This document shows, piece by piece, positions 19,135 to 30,253 of a stretch of 32,000 bases of DNA. The stretch spans positions 390,001 through 422,000 of the forward strand of contig NZ_OZ060402.1 in the NCBI RefSeq assembly GCF_964059045.1. The letters are read 5' to 3'. Numbering within the stretch: position 1 is the first letter of the stretch; every line of letters begins with the position of its first letter. This stretch comes from Candidatus Saccharimonadota bacterium (GTDB lineage Bacteria > Pseudomonadota > Gammaproteobacteria > Enterobacterales > Enterobacteriaceae). The position numbers and the translations under genes were made by a program. The notes under the pieces were generated by a model. That model saw nothing but the letters and a program-made list of their open reading frames with translations, did no database searches and was not told the DNA's origin.

Positions 19135-21774
19135 ATGAAAATAAATACTAATGACATACGTAAAATGTTTTTGACTTTTTTCAAAAAAAAAGGTCATGAG
19201 ATAATGGCTAGTAGTTCATTAATACCAGAAAATGATTCTACTTTATTGTTTACAAATGCCGGAATGAATCAATTTAAAGATATTTTTTTAGGACAAAATA
19301 AAAATAAATATACTCGTGTAGCAACCATTCAAAAATGTTTACGTACAGGAGGAAAACATAATGATTTAGATAATATTGGTTATAGTGAAAATCATCATAC
19401 TTTTTTTGAAATGTTAGGAAATTTTAGTTTTGGCGATTATTTTAAAAAAGAAGCTATTTTATATGCATGGGAATTATTAACATCCGAAAAATGGTTTAAT
19501 TTAAATCAAAATAGATTATGGGTAACAGTATATCATAAAGATCAAGAAACATATAATATATGGATTAATACTATAAAGTTACCTAAAAATAAAGTTGTTT
19601 TTATCAAAGACAATAAAAATTCTCAATTTAATTCTGATAATTTTTGGCAGATGGGTGATTATGGACCATGTGGTCCTTCAACAGAAATTTTTTATGATAC
19701 TACCAATGCTTATTTAAATAATTCTATCAATTATTGTACAAATACACTGAAAGGACAAGTAGAAATTTGGAATATAGTTTTTATGGAATATAATCGTACA
19801 TATGATGGTCAATTAATAAAATTACCGATTCCATCTGTAGACACTGGTATGGGGTTAGAAAGAATTACAAGAATTTTACAAAACAAGAAATCAAATTATG
19901 AAATTGATATTTTTGAAAAAATAATAAAATCTATTATCCAATTTAATCCAAACATTAATATTAATGAAAAAAAATCTATTCATATTATAGCTGATCATAT
20001 TAGATCTGCATCATTTTTAATTTCAGAAAACATATTACCTAGTAATGAAGGAAGAGGATATGTATTAAGAAGAATTATTAGAAGAGCTTTAAGACATGCT
20101 TATACTAGCGGTATGAATAAATTATTTTTTTATAAGTTAGTACCCACTTTAATTCAAGCAATGGAAGAAGAATCATTATTAATTAAAAAACGAGAAAAGA
20201 TTATTCAAAATATATTAAAACAAGAAGAAATTCAATTTAATTATACTATTAGTCGTGGAATAAAATTATTAAAATCAAAAATACAAAAAATGAAAGGGAA
20301 AATATTAAACGGAAAAACGATTTTTAAATTATATGATACATTCGGTTTTCCAATAGATTTAACAGCTGATTTTTGCAAAGAATACAATTTAAAAATAGAT
20401 TATGAAGGTTTTAAAAAAGAAATGAGTTTGCAAAAAAAACAAACAAGAAAATCAAATATGTTTAAGAACAATCATGAACTATACATAGATATTAAACATC
20501 ATTCTATTTTTGTCGGTTATAATAAATATGAAATTAAATCTACAATTCAACAAATTTTCGTTAATGGAATTTCTGTAAAAAAATTAACTGTTGGAGAATC
20601 AGGAATTATTATTCTAAATCAAACACCTTTTTATCCTGAATCAGGAGGACAAATAGGAGATATTGGAATAATATTAAAAGATGAAAATGTTTTTGAAGTT
20701 AAAAATACAAAAAAACATGGTATTGGAATAGGACATTATGGAATATTAAAATCAGGTGAAATAAATATTAATCAATTAATAACTGCAAAAATAAATATCA
20801 AAAATAGAATTCTAATTCAAAATAATCATTCTGCTACTCATTTATTACATTCTACTTTAAGAAATATATTTGGTGAAAATACTGTCCAAAAAGGATCTTT
20901 AGTAAATGATTCATATTTAAGATTTGATTTTGTATGTTATCAAAAAATTACAATTGAAATAATACAAAAAATAGAAAATATAATCAATTATTATATTTTA
21001 AAAAATATACCAATTAATACAACAATTGATACATTCAATAATGCTAAACAAAAAGGAATATTAGCGTTATTTCATGAAAAATATAATGATATTGTCAGAA
21101 TTGTGTCTATTAATAATTATTCTGTAGAATTATGTGGAGGTACTCATAGTAGTCATACAGGAAATATAGGCCTTTTCAAAATCATTAATGAAAAAAGTAT
21201 AGGATCTGGAATTAGAAGAATAGAAGCAATAACAGGTAAAAATGCTGTTAAATTTATACAAAAAAAAGAAATAGAAATAAAAAATATAATTAATATTCTC
21301 AATGCTAATGAAAACAATGTTCTTGATAAAATAAAAATATTAATTGAAAAAAACAAAATTTTAGAAAAAAAAATTGAATATTTTACAGAAATAGAATTAA
21401 TAAATATAAAAAATCAATTAATAAAAAAAAATCAATTAATCAATAATATTAATATATTAATTGAAAATGTTCATAATTTTAATATAAAACTACTACGTAC
21501 TATTATTGATAAAATCAAACTAAATCTCAATTCTTCAATTATTATTTTAACAACTGTCAATAAAAATAAAATTTATTTTATTATCAATATTAGTAAAACA
21601 TTAAATAATAATATACAAGCTAATAAAATTGCAAAAAAAATAATAGCACACATCGGTGGAAAAGGAGGAGGCAATCCTTCCTTATCAGAAGGCGGTGGAG
21701 GTGAAAAAATAGAATTATTATCTAGTACACTAAATAATATAAAACAATGGATTATAAAAAAAATCAATCAATAA
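19135..21774 (+). CDS. alaS: Alanine--tRNA ligase
   Basis: The ORF is 879 aa. It contains FTNAGMNQFKD, RTGGKHNDLDNIGYSENHHTFFEMLGNFSFGDYFK, VDTGMGLERI, the editing-domain motifs HSATHLLH and CGGTH, and the C-terminal GGKGGGNPSLSEGGG. Confidence 0.96.
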   Translation: MKINTNDIRKMFLTFFKKKGHEIMASSSLIPENDSTLLFTNAGMNQFKDIFLGQNKNKYTRVATIQKCLRTGGKHNDLDNIGYSENHHTFFEMLGNFSFGDYFKKEAILYAWELLTSEKWFNLNQNRLWVTVYHKDQETYNIWINTIKLPKNKVVFIKDNKNSQFNSDNFWQMGDYGPCGPSTEIFYDTTNAYLNNSINYCTNTLKGQVEIWNIVFMEYNRTYDGQLIKLPIPSVDTGMGLERITRILQNKKSNYEIDIFEKIIKSIIQFNPNININEKKSIHIIADHIRSASFLISENILPSNEGRGYVLRRIIRRALRHAYTSGMNKLFFYKLVPTLIQAMEEESLLIKKREKIIQNILKQEEIQFNYTISRGIKLLKSKIQKMKGKILNGKTIFKLYDTFGFPIDLTADFCKEYNLKIDYEGFKKEMSLQKKQTRKSNMFKNNHELYIDIKHHSIFVGYNKYEIKSTIQQIFVNGISVKKLTVGESGIIILNQTPFYPESGGQIGDIGIILKDENVFEVKNTKKHGIGIGHYGILKSGEININQLITAKINIKNRILIQNNHSATHLLHSTLRNIFGENTVQKGSLVNDSYLRFDFVCYQKITIEIIQKIENIINYYILKNIPINTTIDTFNNAKQKGILALFHEKYNDIVRIVSINNYSVELCGGTHSSHTGNIGLFKIINEKSIGSGIRRIEAITGKNAVKFIQKKEIEIKNIINILNANENNVLDKIKILIEKNKILEKKIEYFTEIELINIKNQLIKKNQLINNINILIENVHNFNIKLLRTIIDKIKLNLNSSIIILTTVNKNKIYFIINISKTLNNNIQANKIAKKIIAHIGGKGGGNPSLSEGGGGEKIELLSSTLNNIKQWIIKKINQ

Positions 21775-21946
21775 TAGTTTTATTGATAAATAATAATAAA
21801 AAATAAAAACATATTACTATAATATTTTTTTTAAAATTATCATTTGTACATCATTATGGTAAGAACTAAAAAATTTTATTTATATTCAAGATAGAATATA
21901 ATAAACAAACTAACAATATAATTATTATTTTTGCAAGGAGCAAACA

Positions 21947-22132
21947 ATGCTGATTTTAACTCGAAGAGTTGGAGAAACACTAGTTATTGGAGATGAAATC
22001 ACTGTAACTGTTCTCGGTGTAAAAGGAAATCAAGTTCGACTGGGTGTAAATGCACCTAAAGAAATTTCAGTACATCGAGAAGAAATATATCAAAGAATTC
22101 AAGCAGAAAAAAAACAAGAATCTAATTATTAA
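21947..22132 (+). CDS. csrA: Carbon storage regulator CsrA (RNA-binding translational regulator)
   Basis: The 61-aa protein [55 protein letters not shown] is nearly identical to E. coli CsrA. A strong AAGGAG Shine-Dalgarno lies 6 nt upstream. Confidence 0.97.
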   Translation: MLILTRRVGETLVIGDEITVTVLGVKGNQVRLGVNAPKEISVHREEIYQRIQAEKKQESNY

Positions 22133-22140
22133 ATTTCTTT

Positions 22141-22171
22141 ACGTCTTACATCTTTAAGAATTGTAAGACGT
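22141..22171 (+). terminator. 10-bp perfect stem-loop immediately 3' of csrA; putative terminator or processing hairpin ahead of the tRNA genes
   Basis: ACGTCTTACA (22141-22150), an 11-nt loop, then TGTAAGACGT (22162-22171). No immediate U-run follows (AGAGTCTAATAAAAAATT), so its function is uncertain. Confidence 0.4.
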
Positions 22172-22276
22172 AGAGTCTAATAAAAAATTATTTGATTTTT
22201 TAACATAAAAAACGTATCATTAAAAATAAATAAAGCAGATAATACTATCTAATAACTATTAGATAAAAAAATATAA

Positions 22277-22362
22277 GGTGAGATGGCCGAGTGGTTTAAG
22301 GCGCTCCCCTGCTAAGGGAGTATGTGTAACTAGCATCGAGGGTTCGAATCCCTCTCTCACCG
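22277..22362 (+). tRNA. serV: tRNA-Ser, anticodon GCU; no encoded CCA
   Basis: The sequence is GGTGAGATGGCCGAGTGGTTTAAGGCGCTCCCCTGCTAAGGGAGTATGTGTAACTAGCATCGAGGGTTCGAATCCCTCTCTCACCG. The anticodon loop is CTGCTAA and there is a long variable arm. It matches E. coli serV and is followed by AAA. Confidence 0.94.
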
Positions 22363-22376
22363 AAATTTTATAATTT

Positions 22377-22450
22377 GCATCCGTAGCTCAGATGGATAGA
22401 GTACTCGGCTACGAACCGAGCGGTCGGAGGTTCGAATCCTTCCGGATGCA
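22377..22450 (+). tRNA. argV: tRNA-Arg, anticodon ACG; no encoded CCA
   Basis: GCATCCGTAGCTCAGATGGATAGAGTACTCGGCTACGAACCGAGCGGTCGGAGGTTCGAATCCTTCCGGATGCA is nearly identical to E. coli argVYZQ. It is followed by ATA. Confidence 0.95.
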
Positions 22451-22635
22451 ATATAAAATAATTAAATATCAATAGAAATATTAATTAAAGTACTAAAATA
22501 TAAAATCAATATTAAAATAACGAATAAAATTCTAATTAATTTTTTTTAATCAATAAATAATTATCAATCAATAATATCATTTTAAAAAATTATTTTAAAA
22601 TGATAATAATAAAATTATATATCAAGGATTTTATT

Positions 22636-24171
22636 TTGATTCCTACTCTATCAAATGAATTAAAATGGCTAAAAGATAATGTTATTACCTTAAAAAATAT
22701 TTGTAGAGGCATAGAAAGAGAAACGTTACGTATAAATTTAGATGGTCAATTATCCAATATCCCACATCCATTTTTTCTTGGATCTGCTTTAACAAATAAA
22801 TGGATTACAACTGATTTTTCTGAAAGTTCATTAGAATTTATTACTCCAGTAAATAATGATATTAATTTTTTACTAAATTTTTTAAATCATTCTTACCATT
22901 TTGTCAGTCAAAATATTATTAATGAACGTATGTGGCCATTAAGTATTCCATTGTTACCAAAAAATGAAAATATGATACCAATTGCTCAATATGGATCATC
23001 AAAAATAGGAGAAAAAAAAACAATATATAGACAAGGATTAAAAAATCGATATGGATCTTCTATGCATATGATTTCGGGTATACATTATAATTTTTCTTTA
23101 TCTTTAGATTTTTGGAAAAAGTGGAAAAAAATTAATAATCATAAGATTAACTATATTTCTGAAGGATATTTTAAAATAATTAGAAATTATCATCGATTTG
23201 GATGGATAATACCATATCTTTTCGGATCTTCACCTACATTATGTTCTAACTTAATTAAAAATAAAAAAAATATACATTATTTAAAAAAAAATAAAAAAGT
23301 AGATTTTTATGCACCATGGTCTACTTCTTTGAGATTAAGTAACTTTGGTTATAAAAATTATTCACATACTAAATTAAATATGAAATTTAATTCTTTAAAT
23401 GAATATTTATTTAATTTAAAATATGCTATTAATACTCCTTTTGAAAAATTTGAAAAAATAGGATTAAAAAATTCAATAGGTTTATATAATCAACTCAATA
23501 CTAATATATTACAAATGGAAAACGAACTATATACTCCTGTTAGACCAAAAATATTATTAAAATCTGGAGAATCATATTTAAAAAAATTATCCAAAAAAGG
23601 AATTGAATATATTGAAATTCGTTCACTAGATATCAATCCATTTTATCCTATTGGAATCAACAAAGAACAAATCCTTTTCTTAGATTTATTATTAATCTGG
23701 TGTCTACTAATTCATTCTCCTTTTTTAACAAAAACAGAATTAAAAATTGTCTATGAAAACTGGAATCGTGTAATTTTTGAAGGAAGAAAACCAAATCAAC
23801 ATATATTGATTAATAAAAACAAAGATTCTGTATCTTTAATGACTATCGGTAAAACTATTTTCCAAGATTTATTTAAAATAGCTGAAATTCTAGACTTAAA
23901 TAATAATAATAATAATTATTATAATGTCTGTTTAGAACTAATTAAATATTTTGATAATACTGAATTGACGTACTCAGCTCAATTATTAGATAAATTAATA
24001 AAATATGGTATAAAAAATACAGGTCTAGAATTAGCAAATAAATATTATGAATATTATAAATTAAAACCATTAAATAAGAATATTAATGATTTATTTTTAA
24101 AAGAATCAAAGCGTTCTATTAAAGAACAAGATATAATAGAAAAAATTAATAAAAGTTCATTTTTAAAATAA
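22636..24171 (+). CDS. gshA: Glutamate--cysteine ligase
   Basis: GIERETLRIN...GSALTNKWITTDFSESSLEFITPV...MWPLS...YRQGLKNRYG...ISGIHYNFS...IRNYHRFGWIIPYLFGSSP...ENELYTPVRPK...IEYIEIRSLDINPF is present. I place the start at the TTG at 22636 (MIPTLSNELKWL versus E. coli TTG-initiated MIPDVSQALAWL), with an AAGGA 7 nt upstream. The track ATG at 22600 would add 12 residues. Confidence 0.9.
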   Translation: MIPTLSNELKWLKDNVITLKNICRGIERETLRINLDGQLSNIPHPFFLGSALTNKWITTDFSESSLEFITPVNNDINFLLNFLNHSYHFVSQNIINERMWPLSIPLLPKNENMIPIAQYGSSKIGEKKTIYRQGLKNRYGSSMHMISGIHYNFSLSLDFWKKWKKINNHKINYISEGYFKIIRNYHRFGWIIPYLFGSSPTLCSNLIKNKKNIHYLKKNKKVDFYAPWSTSLRLSNFGYKNYSHTKLNMKFNSLNEYLFNLKYAINTPFEKFEKIGLKNSIGLYNQLNTNILQMENELYTPVRPKILLKSGESYLKKLSKKGIEYIEIRSLDINPFYPIGINKEQILFLDLLLIWCLLIHSPFLTKTELKIVYENWNRVIFEGRKPNQHILINKNKDSVSLMTIGKTIFQDLFKIAEILDLNNNNNNYYNVCLELIKYFDNTELTYSAQLLDKLIKYGIKNTGLELANKYYEYYKLKPLNKNINDLFLKESKRSIKEQDIIEKINKSSFLK

Positions 24172-24325
24172 AAATTAATTTTTATTTTAAAAATGAATTA
24201 TTTTTATATTTAATTTAAATCATTTTTAATAAAAAATAAAATATTAAAAAAATAATTTTTAGATAATTTAATATACATTTTATTGTATATGTAATATGAA
24301 TATATTTTAATTTTGACGGTATAAT

Positions 24326-24894
24326 TTAAAAAATAATATATTTACTAGGAGTAAAAACTGAAAATAAAGATATATCCCATGCATTTATTGAAAATGTATT
24401 AAAATACTGAAAATCATATGCTAATCCTACCAAAAAACAATTTTTTTTTGAACAGGCAAGTGTGTGATCATAAAAACCTTTTCCCATTCCTAATCTATTG
24501 CCAAATTTATTAAATGCTACTAAAGGCAAAAAAATTAAATCTAAATTATCAACTAAACATATTTTATCTTTTATTTTTGGTTCAAAAATACCAAATATAT
24601 TTTTTATTAATATAGAATGTGAATGATATTCATAAAATAATATTTTTCTTTTTTCTAAAGTACTAATAACAGGTAAAAAAATATTTTTTTTTTCAGCCAT
24701 AATTGAAAAATTAATGGATTAGTATTTATTTCACCATCAAAAGATAAAAAAATTCCAATATTATTAGATTTATTAATAATATTATTATTTAAAACCAGCT
24801 TAGATATTTTTAAAGAAGAAACGTATCTAGTTTTTAATGAAATATTTTTTCTATATAATCGTATACAATGTCTAATTTCATTATTGTCTAACAT
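24326..24894 (-). pseudogene. ygfA: 5-formyltetrahydrofolate cyclo-ligase (ygfA/fau), split into two overlapping ORFs by a 1-nt frameshift in an A10 tract
   Basis: ORF 24655-24894 ends ...IFLSFDGEINTNPLIFQLWLKKKIFFYLLLVL*. ORF 24326-24700 reads MAEKKNIFLPVISTLEK...FLPLVAFNKFGNRLGMGKGFYDHTL...WDISLFSVFTPSK. Joined at the A10 run (plus-strand T 24684-24693), they are colinear with E. coli YgfA ([29 protein letters not shown]...[23 protein letters not shown]...WDIPLPAVVTPSK). Confidence 0.8.
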
Positions 24895-24994
24895 AAATTA
24901 TCCTATATGAAAATATTGTTTAAAAAATATATTTTATATAAAATATTTTATTATCATTAATTGATAATCATTATCAAATTGGTTTTTTTTAAAT

Positions 24995-25657
24995 TTAATT
25001 ATTTATAATAGTTTTTATGCCATTTTTAGTACCCACAAGTAAAATATCAGCTTTTCTTTGAGCAAAAATACCAACTGTTACAACTCCTGGAAAAGAATTA
25101 ATTTTTTGTTCCATGTTCAAAGGATCAGTAATATTTAAATTATATACATCAACAATTAAATTTCCATTATCAGTAATCACATTTTTACGTAATTTAGCTT
25201 CTCCACCTAATTTATTCAATTCAGAAATAATATAAGAAGAAGCCATAGGAATAATTTCAACAGGAAGAGGAAATTGACCTAATACATTTACTTGCTTTGA
25301 TTCATCTACAATACAAATAAATTTTTTTGATACCGACGCTAAAATTTTTTCTTTAGTTAAAGCTTCTCCTCCGCCTTTAATCATCTGTAAATTATTATTA
25401 ACTTCATCTGCACTATCAATATAAATAGATAAAGTACCAACTTCATTTAAATCAAATACTGGTATTCCTAAATTATTCAAACAAATCGTAGAAGAAATAG
25501 AACTAGAGACTGTACCTTTAATTAATTTTTTTATACTACCTAACTCCTGAATAAAATAAGAAACAGTAGTTCCTGTACCTATTCCTATAATAGAATTAGG
25601 AGTAATATAATCTAATACTTTATGTGCTACAGATTTTTTTAAATGATTATAAAGCAT
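24995..25657 (-). CDS. rpiA: Ribose-5-phosphate isomerase A
   Basis: IGIGTGTTVSYFIQELG...IYIDSADEVNNNLQMIKGGGEALTKEKI...FICIVDESK...FPLPVEIIPMA...PGVVTVGIFA is present. Confidence 0.95.
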   Translation of the reverse strand: MLYNHLKKSVAHKVLDYITPNSIIGIGTGTTVSYFIQELGSIKKLIKGTVSSSISSTICLNNLGIPVFDLNEVGTLSIYIDSADEVNNNLQMIKGGGEALTKEKILASVSKKFICIVDESKQVNVLGQFPLPVEIIPMASSYIISELNKLGGEAKLRKNVITDNGNLIVDVYNLNITDPLNMEQKINSFPGVVTVGIFAQRKADILLVGTKNGIKTIINN

Positions 25658-25816
25658 AATTTAAGAACCTATATTCTATATCAATAACATTAATTTATAT
25701 ACAAAATGACATTTAAAAATATTTAAAAAATAAATTAAAATTAAAAAAAATAAATTTTTATATTACATGATTATTTACAAAAATAATAATAAAATTTTTT
25801 ATGAACAATTCAGTAT

Positions 25817-25862
25817 AAAAACATTTCCAACAAAAAATTATTTATAATTTTTTGTTGGAAAT
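25817..25862 (-). terminator. Rho-independent terminator of the tRNA-Met/Leu/Gln operon
   Basis: There is a perfect 19-bp stem: ATTTCCAACAAAAAATTAT (25823-25841), loop TT, then ATAATTTTTTGTTGGAAAT (25844-25862). On the minus strand it is followed by GTTTTTA (25822-25816). It lies 70 nt 3' of tRNA-Gln. Confidence 0.7.
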
Positions 25863-25932
25863 ATCAATACATTTAAATTTAAAATCATAGTATATTTATA
25901 TTGAATTTTAGTATATTTATAATATATATATA

Positions 25933-26006
25933 TGGCTGGGACACCTGGATTCGAACCAGGGATGCCGGTATCAAAAACCGGTGCCTTACCACTTGGCTAT
26001 GTCCCA
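25933..26006 (-). tRNA. glnU: tRNA-Gln, anticodon UUG; the only tRNA gene in the window with an encoded 3' CCA
   Basis: The reverse complement is TGGGACATAGCCAAGTGGTAAGGCACCGGTTTTTGATACCGGCATCCCTGGTTCGAATCCAGGTGTCCCAGCCA, which closely matches E. coli tRNA-Gln1. Confidence 0.94.
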
Positions 26007-26040
26007 AATTATGATGTTATAAATTATTTTAAAATACTTA

Positions 26041-26122
26041 TACGGAAGGCGAGACTCGAACTCGCAAATCTTTCGATGTCAGATCCTAAATCTGGTGCGT
26101 TTACCAATTCCGCCACTTCCGC
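26041..26122 (-). tRNA. leuW: tRNA-Leu, anticodon UAG; no encoded CCA
   Basis: The reverse complement is GCGGAAGTGGCGGAATTGGTAAACGCACCAGATTTAGGATCTGACATCGAAAGATTTGCGAGTTCGAGTCTCGCCTTCCGTA. It is leuW-like. The acceptor closes with G1:U72. Confidence 0.92.
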
Positions 26123-26161
26123 TATAATAATTTATTTTATAAAAACAAACATATTATATAT

Positions 26162-26235
26162 TGGCTATGACGGGAATTGAACCCATGACCCCAGCGTTAT
26201 GAGTGCTGTGCTCTAACCAACTGAGCTACATAGCC
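26162..26235 (-). tRNA. metT: tRNA-Met (elongator), anticodon CAU; no encoded CCA
   Basis: The reverse complement is GGCTATGTAGCTCAGTTGGTTAGAGCACAGCACTCATAACGCTGGGGTCATGGGTTCAATTCCCGTCATAGCCA. It matches E. coli metT rather than the initiator or ileX. The order Met-Leu-Gln equals the start of the E. coli metT-leuW-glnU operon. Confidence 0.88.
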
Positions 26236-26454
26236 TTGAATATAAATAATTTATTTTAAAATAAAAAATATTTTAAAACATTACTTATTTTAAAATTTAT
26301 AATTTATAATAAATATAATACTATATTTTTATTATATCATCAATAGACTTATGAATTTCTTATTAAAATAATTAATATGCCAATAATATTTAAAAAATTT
26401 TTTTATATATATTTAAGTATTTTTTAATAATAACCACTATAAAAATAAAAACAA

Positions 26455-28128
26455 ATGAAAAAAATAATTCAATTTAAAAAAAATAATTTTATTAAAAAAA
26501 TTATTTATTTAGACCTAAAAAATAACAAATATTCTCAAATTCATACAAGATTTCCACCTGAACCAAATGGATATTTACATCTTGGACATGCAAAAGCTTT
26601 ATGTTTAAATTTTGGAATAGCTAATGATTACCAAGGATATTGTAATCTAAGATTCGATGATACAAACCCGAAAAAAACTAAAAAAAAATACATTAATTCA
26701 ATTATCAATGATATCCAATGGCTTGGATTTAAATGGAATGGAAAAATTCATTATACTTCTGAATATTTTAAAATTTTATATGAATATGCTATACAATTAA
26801 TTAATAAAGAACTAGCTTATGTGGATTTATTAGATAAAAATCAAATCAAAGAATATCGTGGTACACTAACTCAAAAAGGTAAAAATAGTCCTTATAGAAA
26901 TCATACAATTGAACAAAACATCAAATTATTTCGACAAATGCAAAATGGCGAGCTAAATCCAGGGACAGCCTGTTTAAGAGCAAAAATAGATATGGAATCC
27001 AATTATATGATTATGAGAGATCCTGTATTATATCGTATTATATTTTCAAAAAATGATAGTAATCATCATAAATGGTATATTTATCCAACATATGATTTTA
27101 GTCATTGTATATCTGATTCTATTGAAGGCATTACTCATTCGTTATGTACATTAGAATTCACAGAAAATAAAAAAATATATGATTGGATACTTAAAAATAT
27201 TAATATAAAAAATATTCCTAAACAATATGAATATTCTAGATTACAATTAGAATATTCAATTCTTTCTAAAAGAAAACTACAAACATTAATTGATAATAAA
27301 ATTGTTAAAGGATGGGATGATCCAAGAATGCCAACAATTTCTGGGTTAAAAAGAAGAGGTTATACACCTCAATCAATAACAAATTTTTGTAAAAAAATAG
27401 GAATTACCAAACAAGAAAATATAATAGAATTATCTTTATTAGAATGCTGTATCAGAAATGAACTAAATTATACTGCTCCAAGAATAATGGCAATTTTAAA
27501 TCCAATTAAAATAATTATTACTAATTATCCCATAAACTATGTAGAAAAATTGATTGTACCTAACCATCCAAATAGACCAGAATTAGGCACAAGAACATTA
27601 TTGTTTTATCGAGAAATATATATTGATCAATCAGATTTTTCTGAAGAAGACAACCCAAACTATAAAAGATTAACTTTAAAACAAGAAGTTCGATTACGTT
27701 ATTCTTATGTTATCCAAGCATATAAAATAAAAAAAGACATAAATAACAATATTAAAATTATATATTGTAAATATGATCCAAAAACATTAGGAAAATCACC
27801 AGATAATAGAAAAATTAAAGGTGTCATTCATTGGATTGCAAGTAATAATATTTGCAAAGCAGAATTTCATATATATAATCGATTATTTACTATCCCTAAT
27901 CCTGAAAACAATAAAAATTTTTTAAATTATATTAACAAACAATCATTAATTATAAAAAAAGGATTAATTGAATCCAATATTATAAACAATCATGATCAAC
28001 TTACATATCAATTTGAAAGAGAAGGATATTTCTATATGGAAAAAACAAAAAAAAATCATTTTATTTTTAATCAAGTGACTACATTAAGAGAAAATAAAAA
28101 AAATAAAAATAAAATTTTAAAAAAATAA
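26455..28128 (+). CDS. glnS: Glutamine--tRNA ligase
   Basis: The ORF is 557 aa. It contains TRFPPEPNGYLHLGHAKA (HIGH), NLRFDDTNP, CLRAKIDM, YPTYDFSHCISDSIEGITHSLCTLEF, LSKRKL (KMSKS-like), and GWDDPRMPTISGLKRRGYT. Confidence 0.96.
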   Translation: MKKIIQFKKNNFIKKIIYLDLKNNKYSQIHTRFPPEPNGYLHLGHAKALCLNFGIANDYQGYCNLRFDDTNPKKTKKKYINSIINDIQWLGFKWNGKIHYTSEYFKILYEYAIQLINKELAYVDLLDKNQIKEYRGTLTQKGKNSPYRNHTIEQNIKLFRQMQNGELNPGTACLRAKIDMESNYMIMRDPVLYRIIFSKNDSNHHKWYIYPTYDFSHCISDSIEGITHSLCTLEFTENKKIYDWILKNINIKNIPKQYEYSRLQLEYSILSKRKLQTLIDNKIVKGWDDPRMPTISGLKRRGYTPQSITNFCKKIGITKQENIIELSLLECCIRNELNYTAPRIMAILNPIKIIITNYPINYVEKLIVPNHPNRPELGTRTLLFYREIYIDQSDFSEEDNPNYKRLTLKQEVRLRYSYVIQAYKIKKDINNNIKIIYCKYDPKTLGKSPDNRKIKGVIHWIASNNICKAEFHIYNRLFTIPNPENNKNFLNYINKQSLIIKKGLIESNIINNHDQLTYQFEREGYFYMEKTKKNHFIFNQVTTLRENKKNKNKILKK

Positions 28129-28298
28129 AAATATTACATTTAAAATTGAATTATTATTTTAAAAAATTACTAATTAATGATAATGAAAAATTAATTTATT
28201 TAAAATATTTTATAATCATTAAAAAATTTTATTTGTTCTAAAAAATATTTTAAAATAAATATTAATATATAAAAATATTTTTTCAAAAAAAATATATT

Positions 28299-28314
28299 TA
28301 TATATATATATATA
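28299..28314. repeat. (TA)8 dinucleotide microsatellite in the glnS-pyrG spacer
   Basis: TATATATATATATATA was read directly from the sequence. Confidence 0.8.
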
Positions 28315-28521
28315 TTTATATAAAATAAATAAAAATAAATAATTTTATATAATTCTAAAAAAATAACAATAATTTATGCATGAAATCACATTCAAAATAA
28401 AATATTTAAACAAAATTGAAACATTTTTAAAAAACATTTTTTATATTCATAAAATGAATTAACTTAATCAATATGTTTTATTATCATATAATAATATAAT
28501 TTAATATAATTTATTGTATGA

Positions 28522-30219
<1,698 letters not shown>

Positions 30220-30253
30220 ACAGATATTATTATTAATGAAAAATGGAAAAAAA

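Noticed and set aside
24326-24894. Treating 24326-24700 and 24655-24894 as two separate small genes.
   Set aside because: The two ORFs overlap at an A10 tract and are the colinear C- and N-terminal halves of a single YgfA homologue. A single frameshifted gene is the simpler reading.
25888-25921. A 13-nt direct repeat TAGTATATTTATA (25888-25900 and 25909-25921) just 3' of tRNA-Gln, considered as a remnant of a duplicated tRNA or an att-like site.
   Set aside because: It is short, A/T-only and at chance level for this composition. There is no tRNA-like sequence or integrase nearby.
25932-26180. An 82-aa plus-strand ORF (MAGTPGFEPGMPVSKTGALPLGY...).
   Set aside because: It is the antisense read-through of three minus-strand tRNA genes (Gln, Leu, Met). 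The relatively GC-rich tRNA sequence simply lacks stop codons.
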